A DNA stretch of 64,000 nucleotides. It comes from an uncultured Nitrospinaceae bacterium. GTDB lineage: Bacteria; UBA8248. The translations under genes and the position numbers were made by a program. This document shows, one piece after another, positions 41,691 to 51,085 of this stretch. The notes under the pieces are model-generated. The model was not told the DNA's origin and made no database searches. It saw only the letters and a program-made list of their open reading frames with translations. The stretch spans positions 32,001 to 96,000 of the forward strand of contig CAXFSR010000036.1 in assembly GCA_964005815.1 (NCBI GenBank), given 5' to 3'. Within the stretch, counting starts at the first letter, position 1; the number at the start of each line of letters is the position of its first letter.

Positions 41691-42959
41691 TTGAAAAAAA
41701 ATGCGTTAAGAGCAAACCGAAAACGAATGAAGGAAGAATTTGAACACCAGTCAAAAATCGGACAGTTAGGCAAAACAGGTCTTTCAAGAGTCGCATTTAC
41801 AGTTCCATTTACTAAAGTAAGAAAATATGCACAATCTCTTATGAAGAATGCAGGAATGAAAACTAAAATTGACGCATTTGGGAATTTGTACGGCAGAAAG
41901 GAAGGAAAACAAAAAAATCTACCTACCGTTATGCTTGGTTCGCACCTTGACAGCCAAAATCCAGGAGGAAGGTTTGACGGTCCAGCTGGAGTACTTACAG
42001 CTCTTGAGGCTATTCGTATTTTAAAAGAAAATAAAATTGACCATGAACATCCTATTGAGGTAGTAGCTTTTGCCGGCGAAGAATCCTCATGTGGAATGAC
42101 CGTTTTTGGAAGCAGTGCAGCAACTGGAGTAATAGGTGCAAAGGAAATGAAAAATACTATACATCCTCCAACTGGAAAAAGTCTTTATGAAATTGTGAAT
42201 AAGACAGGAGGCAATACATCAAAAATCAGAACCTCTATTTTACAAAAAAAATCTATAAAATCTTTTCTAGAACTTCATATAGAGCAAGGACCTATTCTGG
42301 AAACAAATAAGGTTTCTATTGGAGTAGTTGATCTCGTTGTAGGCTACATAAGAGGGCAAATTATTTTCAAAGGAGTTTCTGCTCATTCAGGAGGGCAACC
42401 AATGCCTTACCGCAGAGACTCTTCTATGGCCGCAGCAGAGTTTATGCTTGAAATGGAATCCATGGTAAAAAATGCGCCTGAGAGTCAAAGACTGACTATT
42501 ACATTCGGCGAAATTAACGCAAGGCCAGGATGGATATCAATTGTTCCTGGAGAAACAGAAATTTCATTTGACCTTAGAGGGAAAAATGATGAGATTCTCA
42601 AAAGAATTCTAGAAAGAATGAAGAAGAAACTACTCGAAATAAAACAAAAAAGAAAAGTTCATGGTATTATGAAAGATGTATTAAAACTTCCAGTCTGTCC
42701 AACTTCAAAAAAAATTCAGTCTATTCTCAAAAGAGCTTCTAAAACCGCAGGATTCAGATCTCTTAAACTCTCAAGTGGTGGAGTGCATGATGCTTGCAGG
42801 ATGGCAAAATTATGCCCTATAGGGATGATTTTTATCCCTTCAGTCAAAGGATTATCACATACACCCGAAGAGTTTACTCACTTTGAAGATATGGTTAAAG
42901 GAGCAGAAGTGACAGCACTCGCGCTATCCGAACTCTCTAAGAAAAGTGTGAAAATTTAA
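41691..42959 (+). CDS. M20 Zn-dependent hydrolase, N-carbamoyl-amino acid / allantoate amidohydrolase family
   Basis: GSHLDS..GGRFDG.AGV, GEE, ELHIEQGP.LE, AHSG..PM..RRD, SGGVHDA, GLSHTPEE. Confidence 0.92.
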   Translation: MKKNALRANRKRMKEEFEHQSKIGQLGKTGLSRVAFTVPFTKVRKYAQSLMKNAGMKTKIDAFGNLYGRKEGKQKNLPTVMLGSHLDSQNPGGRFDGPAGVLTALEAIRILKENKIDHEHPIEVVAFAGEESSCGMTVFGSSAATGVIGAKEMKNTIHPPTGKSLYEIVNKTGGNTSKIRTSILQKKSIKSFLELHIEQGPILETNKVSIGVVDLVVGYIRGQIIFKGVSAHSGGQPMPYRRDSSMAAAEFMLEMESMVKNAPESQRLTITFGEINARPGWISIVPGETEISFDLRGKNDEILKRILERMKKKLLEIKQKRKVHGIMKDVLKLPVCPTSKKIQSILKRASKTAGFRSLKLSSGGVHDACRMAKLCPIGMIFIPSVKGLSHTPEEFTHFEDMVKGAEVTALALSELSKKSVKI

Positions 42960-42967
42960 ATCTCTGC

Positions 42968-43399
42968 TTAATAACCTAAATCCTTCGCAGGAACATCGGA
43001 AGCTATCTGGATCACCATTTCTTCTGTCTCACTTGGATCAAGAAACAAAATCTCATACCCTCTTGGAGTATAAGTTCCTGGACCAAAACCTTCCATAAAT
43101 TTTACGTCTTTGTTTTGAAATTCTTCGCCAATTTTTCCCGTATCTTCCGTTGAAAACGCTATATGAGAAAAACAGGGACCACCATTCTTTTCGAGCATCT
43201 TCGTATAATGATTCTCAGGATCATAGGGCTGCATAATTTCTATTTCTACATCTCCCATCCTAAGAAAAGTAGCATGTGCCCATCCAGTATCAGCAACTTG
43301 CACCCGGTTTGGTTCACATCCTAATTTTTCCATAAATAATTTTTTTGTTCTTTCCATATCATCTGTGATTAAACCTATATGATGAATTTTTTTAAACAT
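42968..43399 (-). CDS. VOC/glyoxalase family protein (methylmalonyl-CoA epimerase-like)
   Basis: HHIGL, IEIMQP, SHIAF, FLDP pattern; the last metal-ligand Glu appears as Gln. Confidence 0.8.
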   Translation of the reverse strand: MFKKIHHIGLITDDMERTKKLFMEKLGCEPNRVQVADTGWAHATFLRMGDVEIEIMQPYDPENHYTKMLEKNGGPCFSHIAFSTEDTGKIGEEFQNKDVKFMEGFGPGTYTPRGYEILFLDPSETEEMVIQIASDVPAKDLGY

Positions 43400-44783
43400 T
43401 TTTTTCTCCTAGATTTACTGAAGTTTTGGTCTTTATCCACGAAAAAAACCATAAAAATAAAATACACCCACCGGTGAATTGGGCAAGAAGCATAGCAAAC
43501 CAAACTCCTTCCTCTCGCAATCCGGCTGTATTAGAAAGGTAAAATGCTGTAGGAAGCATAAGAATCCAGCTCACAATAATTTGGGTGAGCATTGGGGGTT
43601 TGGAATTTCCTGCACCCTGAAATGCTCCGGCCATAACCCTTCTTATTGATTCCATAATGAGACCAAACGAAAAAACACGAAGCGCAAAAGAAGCAATGGG
43701 TGTCGAACTGCCTACCAGTCCAAAAAAGATAGAGATGTCTCTAGAGAAGAAAAATTGAGCTACAGAAAGAAAACCCATTATTCCAACAAGAATTGTTAAA
43801 GTATATTGAACTGTGCTTATTGCTCGATTTGGCTTAGACGCTCCGAGATTTTGTCCAACCAAAGTTCTAGTAGACCCCTGAAGACCAAAACAAGGAAGGC
43901 GAGCAATCATTGTAACTCTATTGCCGACTCCCCAAGCTGCTAGAGCATCTGCTCCAAAAGGAGTTAGAATCCTAAGAAGTAAAAGGTAGGAACCCCTTTC
44001 TAAAAGATTTTGTACTGTCGCTGGCCAGGCAATTGAAAGGAGCGAAGAAATGATTTCTAGATTTGGAAGAAAAAATCTAAGTTTCAGAAAAACTTGAGAC
44101 CATCCTTTGAGTAAATAGAAAAGCATAATTAGGAATCCGACCGATCTTCCCAGACCTATTCCAAAAAAACTTCCCGCAATACCTATTCCTTCAAAAGAAC
44201 CAAAACCAAACATGAACAATGGCATAGCTATTAATGAAACAATCGTTCCTGCTAACATAGATATAACTAAAATACCTGGCTCACCAGTACCCCTGAAAAC
44301 ACTGCCAAAAACAAACATAGCCTCTATCGCAATCAAAGAAACAAATCCCGATTTCATATAATCAAGAGCAAAACCAGTCACCTGTGTATCAAGATTCATA
44401 ATTGAAATAATAAAAGGGGCAAAGAAGAAACCGAGCAATGAAAGAGTCACAGAATATACGAATAACAGGATTATCATCTGAGCAGAAACAATAGAAGCTT
44501 TTTCAAAATCTTTCGAACCCACTGCATGAGCAACAAGGGATTGTCCTGCAATTCGGATACCCATACCAAGGGATCGGAGAAAAAGAATGAATAAATACCC
44601 TAAGGAATACGCGGCCAGAGCATTCGGGCCAAGTATTCCAATCCAGAAGATCTCAAAAATACCATCAAAACTTCTTACTAACCTCTCGAAAAACATAGGA
44701 ATTACCAGACGTTTGACACCTTTTCCAATAGGGCCAATTGTATAATCGTATTTTTTCGAAAGAGTTGAAGAAGAATTTTTCAG
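43392..44783 (-). CDS. MATE family efflux transporter
   Basis: About 12 hydrophobic segments, LGPNALAA, LVGQNLGA, GAGNSK.PM; the frame stays open to CTG 44783 behind GAGG and adds the MATE N-terminal motif DYTIGPIGKGVKRLVIPM (track start 44696). Confidence 0.88.
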   Translation of the reverse strand: MKNSSSTLSKKYDYTIGPIGKGVKRLVIPMFFERLVRSFDGIFEIFWIGILGPNALAAYSLGYLFILFLRSLGMGIRIAGQSLVAHAVGSKDFEKASIVSAQMIILLFVYSVTLSLLGFFFAPFIISIMNLDTQVTGFALDYMKSGFVSLIAIEAMFVFGSVFRGTGEPGILVISMLAGTIVSLIAMPLFMFGFGSFEGIGIAGSFFGIGLGRSVGFLIMLFYLLKGWSQVFLKLRFFLPNLEIISSLLSIAWPATVQNLLERGSYLLLLRILTPFGADALAAWGVGNRVTMIARLPCFGLQGSTRTLVGQNLGASKPNRAISTVQYTLTILVGIMGFLSVAQFFFSRDISIFFGLVGSSTPIASFALRVFSFGLIMESIRRVMAGAFQGAGNSKPPMLTQIIVSWILMLPTAFYLSNTAGLREEGVWFAMLLAQFTGGCILFLWFFSWIKTKTSVNLGEKNV

Positions 44784-44894
44784 ATTGAGACCTCTTCTGA
44801 TTTAGTATTTCAAACTAGATTTAAACGTTTCCTGATGTAAGATTCTCATGTTAGTCTATAAACCTTATCAAAAAAAGACAGTGAGGATTTTTAT

Positions 44895-46157
44895 ATGGAA
44901 AGTTCCATTTTTAAAAAATGCGCGAAACATATCAAGAAGAAAAAATTGAGAGACACTCTAATAGATTTAGTAGATATCCCTAGTCCAACTTCTGGAGAAA
45001 AAGCTTTAGCTGAGTACCTTGTTAACAGGATGAATAGTTCAGGAGCAAGGACTACTTTACAGGAAGTAAGTCTAGACAGACCTAATGCAATAGGCACTAT
45101 TTCAGGAAATGGAACTGGTTCTAATCTTATGTTAACCGGCCATATGGATACTTCATATGATGGTAACGAAGAGTACCTAGTTGGGAAAGGCTTCAAACCA
45201 AAAGGAGTCTATGAGAATGGCTGGATCTGGGGATTGGGTGCAAATAATATGAAAGGTGGATTAGCATCCGCTTTAGTCGCTTTTGAAGCAATACAAAAAG
45301 AAAAAATCCCCTTAAAAGGAGACCTAATTTTTGCGGGAGTTGTTGGAGAAATAGAAAAAGCAGCTATTGAAGAATTTCGCGGCGAGGAAATGGCAGGCTA
45401 CGGAACTGGTTCTAGACATCTTGTTCTTCATGGCGTTACTGCGGATTATGCGATCTTAGCAGAACCGACAGGACTTCGCATTTCAAATGCAAATTTAGGA
45501 GTTATTTGGGCAAAAATATCTACATATGGAACAGTTAGTCACAGTGCAATGGCTCATAGGCCAGGAATAAAGAATGCAATCAGATCTATTCACAAGGTTC
45601 AAGCTGCAATAGAAAAGTGGATTCCAAAATTTACTAAATCCAGAGAATTTATGGGTGAAAAACCCAGTGTAAATATTTCCTCTATTCGTGGAGGCTGGCC
45701 ATGGAGATTGTCAAGAAATCCTGTTGAAGCAAGTCTTTATCTTGATATACGTATTATCCCTGGGCAAAAGATAGAAGATATTCGAAGGGAAATCAGAAAA
45801 GTACTTAGTGATCTTGCAAAAAAAACGGGAGATGATGAAGCGTCATTAGATTTCTACGTTACTGACCCGGCAACATATGTAAATCCAGAAGAAGAAATCG
45901 TCCAATCTCTAAATAGTTCGCATAATGAAATCACAAAATCTTTACCGGATTATATTGCCAGAAGACCTGGTGCAGATGCCACTCATTTTAATCATTATGG
46001 TATACCTTGTATTTGCTATGGCCCTGGTTTTAGAGTGCATCCAGAAGTCGAAAAAAAAGGACAGTATATGCACGATGCCGGAGAACATATTCATGAAGAC
46101 GACCTTGAAATTGCGAGTAAAGTTTTTTTAAATCTTGCACTCAAAATATGTACATAA
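44895..46157 (+). CDS. M20/ArgE-DapE-like metallohydrolase with atypical ligands
   Basis: [33 protein letters not shown]-terminal H...E. Confidence 0.85.
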   Translation: MESSIFKKCAKHIKKKKLRDTLIDLVDIPSPTSGEKALAEYLVNRMNSSGARTTLQEVSLDRPNAIGTISGNGTGSNLMLTGHMDTSYDGNEEYLVGKGFKPKGVYENGWIWGLGANNMKGGLASALVAFEAIQKEKIPLKGDLIFAGVVGEIEKAAIEEFRGEEMAGYGTGSRHLVLHGVTADYAILAEPTGLRISNANLGVIWAKISTYGTVSHSAMAHRPGIKNAIRSIHKVQAAIEKWIPKFTKSREFMGEKPSVNISSIRGGWPWRLSRNPVEASLYLDIRIIPGQKIEDIRREIRKVLSDLAKKTGDDEASLDFYVTDPATYVNPEEEIVQSLNSSHNEITKSLPDYIARRPGADATHFNHYGIPCICYGPGFRVHPEVEKKGQYMHDAGEHIHEDDLEIASKVFLNLALKICT

Positions 46158-46179
46158 CTGTAATGAAAGGAAATTTGCA

Positions 46180-46563
46180 ATGAAAGATTCCAAAGAAAAT
46201 TTAGAAGATAAACTTACCCCTGAGCAATATAGAGTAACGCAACAATGCGGGACAGAACCGCCTTTCTCGGGAAAATACTGGGACTCACATGATAAAGGAA
46301 CCTATGTTTGTATATGCTGCGGCATAGAACTTTTTCACTCAAAAACCAAATTTGATTCCGGAACTGGCTGGCCAAGCTTTTGGGAGTCTATCGAATCAAA
46401 AAATGTAAAAGAAATTGAAGACAACTCACATGGAATGAGAAGAATAGAAACTAGATGTTCTTCTTGTAACGCACACTTGGGACATGTTTTTCAAGATGGA
46501 CCTAATCCAACGGGACTTCGTTATTGCATCAACTCTGCTTCTCTTGATTTTATAAAAGAGTAA
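46180..46563 (+). CDS. msrB: Peptide-methionine (R)-S-oxide reductase
   Basis: [52 protein letters not shown] 46180 after AAAGG. Confidence 0.96.
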   Translation: MKDSKENLEDKLTPEQYRVTQQCGTEPPFSGKYWDSHDKGTYVCICCGIELFHSKTKFDSGTGWPSFWESIESKNVKEIEDNSHGMRRIETRCSSCNAHLGHVFQDGPNPTGLRYCINSASLDFIKE

Positions 46564-46583
46564 AAAAAGATTTACTTAAGTTT

Positions 46584-47015
46584 TTAATCGTACCACTCTA
46601 AAGAAGGTTGGTCAGGAGGATTATCGTACCTTTTAATTTCAATTTCTATATTATCTGGATCATAAAAATAAGTTGCATACCCAACACCAAAAGCACCTAA
46701 GTTTCTTTCTTCTCCTCTATGTACTTCGATGTCATTATCTTTCAATCTTTTAATTAACTCAAAATATTCATCCTCTTCAAGTGAAAAAGCCACATGATCG
46801 ACTCCACTTTTTGAAAAAATATTTTCAGATATGAAAGTTTCAGAAAAAAATAAAACCAAAACATCTTCGCCTACTCTAAAAACTATTTGTTCGATCTCCC
46901 CATCAGATATTTTTCTCCTACCTACTGGAGAAAAACCCATAATATCTCGATAAAAAGCAATAGATCGATTCAAATTACTTACTCTCAAGGCTACGTGTTC
47001 AATCATTTTTTTCAT
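46584..47015 (-). CDS. VOC/glyoxalase family protein
   Basis: EHVALRVSNL.RSIAFY..IMG, DHVAF, YFYDPDNIEIEI; start uncertain (47015 or 47006). Confidence 0.88.
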   Translation of the reverse strand: MKKMIEHVALRVSNLNRSIAFYRDIMGFSPVGRRKISDGEIEQIVFRVGEDVLVLFFSETFISENIFSKSGVDHVAFSLEEDEYFELIKRLKDNDIEVHRGEERNLGAFGVGYATYFYDPDNIEIEIKRYDNPPDQPSLEWYD

Positions 47016-47067
47016 ACAAACCCCAAACAAAAATTAATTTAAAAGTTAATCCTATCGATTGAGAAAT

Positions 47068-47844
47068 CTAAATTAATTGCCTAACTCCATTAGCAAATTC
47101 TGGAATGGACAATGTCTGCGCATCATGACCAGGAAAAATAAGATTAGGGTTATCTGCCAAATCTTTAGCTTTATCCAGTGCTGCTAAGGCCTCGTCTACG
47201 TGTACATGAATTCCGGGAGGAATCATAGATTCAAAACTACGAAAAACGTACGCAGAATCAATAGCTAATACAGCCCACCCTTCTATAGTTCTAATTCGTA
47301 CAATTTGCAAACCAGGCGAATGTCCACCAACATGGTGCACCGAAATGCCGTCAAAGAGTTCTAACTCTCCATTTACAATTTCAAGTTGTTTATTTTTTTC
47401 TAATGATTCCAAATCGTTCAGATCCGCTAGAAAATGATTCAAGAAATGATAATCAGAAAAATTTCCTCTCCAAAAATCAATTTCTTTTTTCTGAATATAA
47501 AAAGTCGCTGATGCATAAATACGATTTGCTGAAAAATGATCCCAGTGCAAATGAGAAATAATTACATTCTGTATATCGCTTGGTCTAATGTCGAAATTTT
47601 TTAAAAGTTCTACTGGTTTTTTATAGTCATTATAATCGAAATATCTATTCTTATAGTGTCCTTCCATAAAACCAGTATCTATCAATATAGGCGCAAGTTC
47701 CTCTTTACTTGGAACCAATAACCAAAAAAAGTAGGGCAACTTGGCTTTTCTACCTATATCTGAAAGATATAATAGAAAAGAAGCATCGCATTCACGCCAA
47801 CCCTGACAAAGTGAAAAAATACTGTACGTGATTTCGCTAGACAA
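47068..47844 (-). CDS. Metallo-beta-lactamase fold, N-acyl-homoserine lactonase-like family
   Basis: IDTG, SHLHWDH, GHSPG, D..Y, PGHD. Confidence 0.85.
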   Translation of the reverse strand: MSSEITYSIFSLCQGWRECDASFLLYLSDIGRKAKLPYFFWLLVPSKEELAPILIDTGFMEGHYKNRYFDYNDYKKPVELLKNFDIRPSDIQNVIISHLHWDHFSANRIYASATFYIQKKEIDFWRGNFSDYHFLNHFLADLNDLESLEKNKQLEIVNGELELFDGISVHHVGGHSPGLQIVRIRTIEGWAVLAIDSAYVFRSFESMIPPGIHVHVDEALAALDKAKDLADNPNLIFPGHDAQTLSIPEFANGVRQLI

Positions 47845-47983
47845 AAGTGATCCTCTAAAAAAATAAACTTAAACAAAAAATTAAATGTGTTTTTTTTAGA
47901 TACAGCTTGATGCAAAATGATATTTTATGTCAATATAAATTGCTTCTTGCGTTATAGTTTACCGCTCAACCACGGGCATTAAA

Positions 47984-50317
47984 TTGAAAACGTTTACTTT
48001 AATTTTCTTTCCTTTTTTTATAGCTTTTCTTGTTCCTTTCCTTACGAGAACAAACAAGAAAATTGTCTTCTGGTATGCGATCGCAGTTCCTGCCATTAGC
48101 ATGTTGAATTTATTTTATATTTACAGGGATTGGACATTAGCAGGGCACAAAATCCTAAAATATGAGATCCCTTGGGTACCAGATGCAGGTATAAACATAA
48201 GTTTTATTGTAGATGGTTTGAGTGTTTTTTGGGCATTTCTCATCATTATAATGTCTTTCCTTGTTATCCTGTATTCAAATTGGTACCTATCAAAGAAGGA
48301 AGACTTATCTCGATATTATTCACTCCTTATTGCGTTTATGGGTTCTATGATTGGAGTAGTCTTCTCAAATCATTTGATTTCCTTATTTGTTTTTTGGGAA
48401 CTTACAAGCATAACTTCATTTTTTCTTATTGGATTCTGGTTTCAAAAACCAGAATCCAATTATGGGGCTACAAAAGCAATTCTAATTACTGGAAGCGGTG
48501 GTATTTTAATGTTAGGTGGTTTCCTCCTCCTCGCAAATTCAACTGGAGAATGGGAAATTTCAAACCTGATTTCAAATGCAAATTCTTTACATGTAGGTTC
48601 TTTTGCTACTTTATTAATCATATTAGGCGCGGTAACCAAAAGTGCTCAGTGGCCATTTCATATTTGGTTACCTAATGCGATGGAAGCTCCTACTCCAATT
48701 AGTGCTTTTTTACATTCTGCAACAATGGTCAAGGCAGGTATTTTTTTGCTTTCTAGATTTTACCCTATTTTGTCCGGAGAATTCCTTTGGTTTTACTTGG
48801 TACCCTCTTTAGGAATAATGACTATGATTTCGGGAGGATTACTGTCTCTCCGCTCCAACGATCTTAAAGGCATTCTGGCTTATGGTACAATAAGCCAATT
48901 AGGAATGTTAACTACTTTTATTGGATTAGGCGGAATCGAGAGTATTACAGGAAGTACTCTGCATCTTTATAATCATGCGGCAGCAAAAGCAGGTATGTTT
49001 ATGGTTATAGGTATTATTGACCATGAATGTGGAACAAGAGATGTTAGAAAACTAAGCAATCTCAAAGAATCAATGCCAATTTGTCATATTCTTCTTCTTG
49101 TCTGTGCCCTGAGTTTAATGGGAACACCTCCGACAGGCGGATTTATAACAAAGGAGATGCTTTACACCGTAAGCTTAAAATTTGGCACTAACAATTTCTC
49201 TTCTTTCGGACTCCCTTTACTAATTTTAGTTGGAGGAATAATCACGGTTCTTTATCACCTGAGACTTGTAGGTGAAGTTTTCTGGAAAAAGAAAAACGTG
49301 AAACCTCCGAAGAATCCACATGACCCAAGTTTTGGTTTTCTAATTGCACCTATCATTTTAACTTTTTTTGTTCTGATTTTTGGTATTTTCCCTGGGTTGT
49401 TTGAAAATGAAACATTTCATCTTGCTATAATGTCGACAATGGGGAAAGGAATCACAAACCATATACATTTTAAACTTTGGCATGGATTCAATTTAGAATT
49501 GCTTATGTCTACCATTGCACTTAGTCTCGGAATTCTTTGTTATGTAAAATTCGACAAAATCAATTTTTTCCAAAATCTATTAAGTAAAAAAATTCATATA
49601 TTTGGCCCTGATCGAATCTATAATGCTTTCATCAATCATGTTGAAAAAGGAACGTGGAAATATCTTCTCTTGATACAAAGCGGCAATTTAAAGAAGTATC
49701 TTCGTTGGATGTGGATTGCTCCTATTCTTACGATTTTTTATGTTTGTCTCAATTTAAATTGGAACAAAATTATAATTTCTGCTCATACTATCGAAATCAA
49801 TTTTTCCCTAGCCTTATGTTTGCTTATATCGATTAGTGCACTTGGAACTGGATTAATCAGCAAAAGAATACCTGCAATTTTAACCTTAGGAATAACCGGA
49901 TATGCTATCGCGGGACTTTTCCTGATTCTGAAAGCTCCTGATCTTGCACTTACTATGATTATGATTGAAACCGCTTCAGTAGCACTTTTTCTTCTTGTCT
50001 TTTACCACATGCCAGACTCTTCCCCGGAAAAAAATACGACTTCGAAAAAAATGAGAGATTGGGGAATCTCTATTTCTATTGGTGCAACCGTATGTATTGG
50101 AATGTTCTTGAGTATGACTTCTAAAGAATTCAGCACCATCTCTACCTATTTTTTAGAAACCAGCAAACCTTTAGCAGGTTTTAAAAATGTAGTAAACGCA
50201 ATCATAGTAGACTATAGGGGATACGATACATTAGGTGAAATAACGGTTCTAGTTATTGCAGGAATTGCAATCTCTGCAATCGTTCAAATCATGAGGAAAT
50301 TTAATTGCGATCACTAA
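47984..50317 (+). CDS. mrpA: Mrp Na+/H+ antiporter subunit A
   Basis: FWELTSITSFFLIG, TKSAQWPFHIWLPNAMEAPTPISAFLHSATMVKAG, APDLALT, DYRGYDTLGE. Confidence 0.95.
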   Translation: MKTFTLIFFPFFIAFLVPFLTRTNKKIVFWYAIAVPAISMLNLFYIYRDWTLAGHKILKYEIPWVPDAGINISFIVDGLSVFWAFLIIIMSFLVILYSNWYLSKKEDLSRYYSLLIAFMGSMIGVVFSNHLISLFVFWELTSITSFFLIGFWFQKPESNYGATKAILITGSGGILMLGGFLLLANSTGEWEISNLISNANSLHVGSFATLLIILGAVTKSAQWPFHIWLPNAMEAPTPISAFLHSATMVKAGIFLLSRFYPILSGEFLWFYLVPSLGIMTMISGGLLSLRSNDLKGILAYGTISQLGMLTTFIGLGGIESITGSTLHLYNHAAAKAGMFMVIGIIDHECGTRDVRKLSNLKESMPICHILLLVCALSLMGTPPTGGFITKEMLYTVSLKFGTNNFSSFGLPLLILVGGIITVLYHLRLVGEVFWKKKNVKPPKNPHDPSFGFLIAPIILTFFVLIFGIFPGLFENETFHLAIMSTMGKGITNHIHFKLWHGFNLELLMSTIALSLGILCYVKFDKINFFQNLLSKKIHIFGPDRIYNAFINHVEKGTWKYLLLIQSGNLKKYLRWMWIAPILTIFYVCLNLNWNKIIISAHTIEINFSLALCLLISISALGTGLISKRIPAILTLGITGYAIAGLFLILKAPDLALTMIMIETASVALFLLVFYHMPDSSPEKNTTSKKMRDWGISISIGATVCIGMFLSMTSKEFSTISTYFLETSKPLAGFKNVVNAIIVDYRGYDTLGEITVLVIAGIAISAIVQIMRKFNCDH

Positions 50318-50721
50318 TTCTTCAAACAACAGCGCCTATTGTGCTTCATTTGACGATGATTTTTTCACTCTACATCCTTCTTTACGGTCATGATCAGCCT
50401 GGCGGTGGATTTATCGCTGGAATAATGACCTCAATAGGTATTGTACTACAATGGGTCGCATTTGGAACAAAAGAAGCACTAAAAAGATTTAACTGGAAAT
50501 GGGATAATGTATTTATGGTAGGTCTGCTTATATCAACACTGACAGGTCTCTATGGTTACTTTTCCAATGGGTTTCTAAAAAGTTCGATCTACAAGATAAA
50601 CTTAGTGTTGATAGGTGAAATAAAGATTTTTACTGCTTTTATTTTTGATGTTGGTGTCTATTTAGTGGTAGTTGGTGTTTTGATGTTTATTTTTACAAAT
50701 TTTTGCTCCGAAAAACCATAA
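50305..50721 (+). CDS. mrpB: Mrp antiporter subunit B
   Basis: GHDQPGGGFIAG, FDVGVYLVV. Confidence 0.93.
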   Translation: MRSLILQTTAPIVLHLTMIFSLYILLYGHDQPGGGFIAGIMTSIGIVLQWVAFGTKEALKRFNWKWDNVFMVGLLISTLTGLYGYFSNGFLKSSIYKINLVLIGEIKIFTAFIFDVGVYLVVVGVLMFIFTNFCSEKP

Positions 50722-50734
50722 AAGAAGAAGGAAA

Positions 50735-51085
50735 ATGTTTCTAATACTTCCCCTAACTATAGGTATTCTGGTCGCAGTTAGTGTGTACTTAATTATACAG
50801 AGAAGATTAATTAAATTAGTATTGGGTTTTGCGATGTTATCACATGCGACTAATTTAATGATCATGGCATCTGGTTGGGTACAGGATGGAAAACCACCAA
50901 TTCTCCCTGTAGAAAAAATTTCAGTACAGGCCCAGATGTACGTTGACCCACTTCCTCAAGCAATGGTTTTAACTGCAATAGTTATTAGTCTCGCGGTTAT
51001 TGCTTTTTTATTGACCGTTGCACTAAATATGCAGAGAAATTTTAAAACAGACAACATAGATGAATATAGAAGGCTTAAGGGATGA
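50735..51085 (+). CDS. mrpC: Mrp antiporter subunit C
   Basis: LSHATNL, DPLPQAMVLTAIVI. Confidence 0.95.
   Translation: MFLILPLTIGILVAVSVYLIIQRRLIKLVLGFAMLSHATNLMIMASGWVQDGKPPILPVEKISVQAQMYVDPLPQAMVLTAIVISLAVIAFLLTVALNMQRNFKTDNIDEYRRLKG

Noticed and set aside
46180..46563. MsrB as a second selenoprotein
   Set aside because: The catalytic residue is Cys (TGC in RYCINS) and there is no in-frame TGA.
48172..48675. 167-aa alternative-frame ORF inside mrpA (also 51762-52091 in mrpD)
   Set aside because: Fully nested in conserved genes, with composition typical of off-frame reading of hydrophobic codons.
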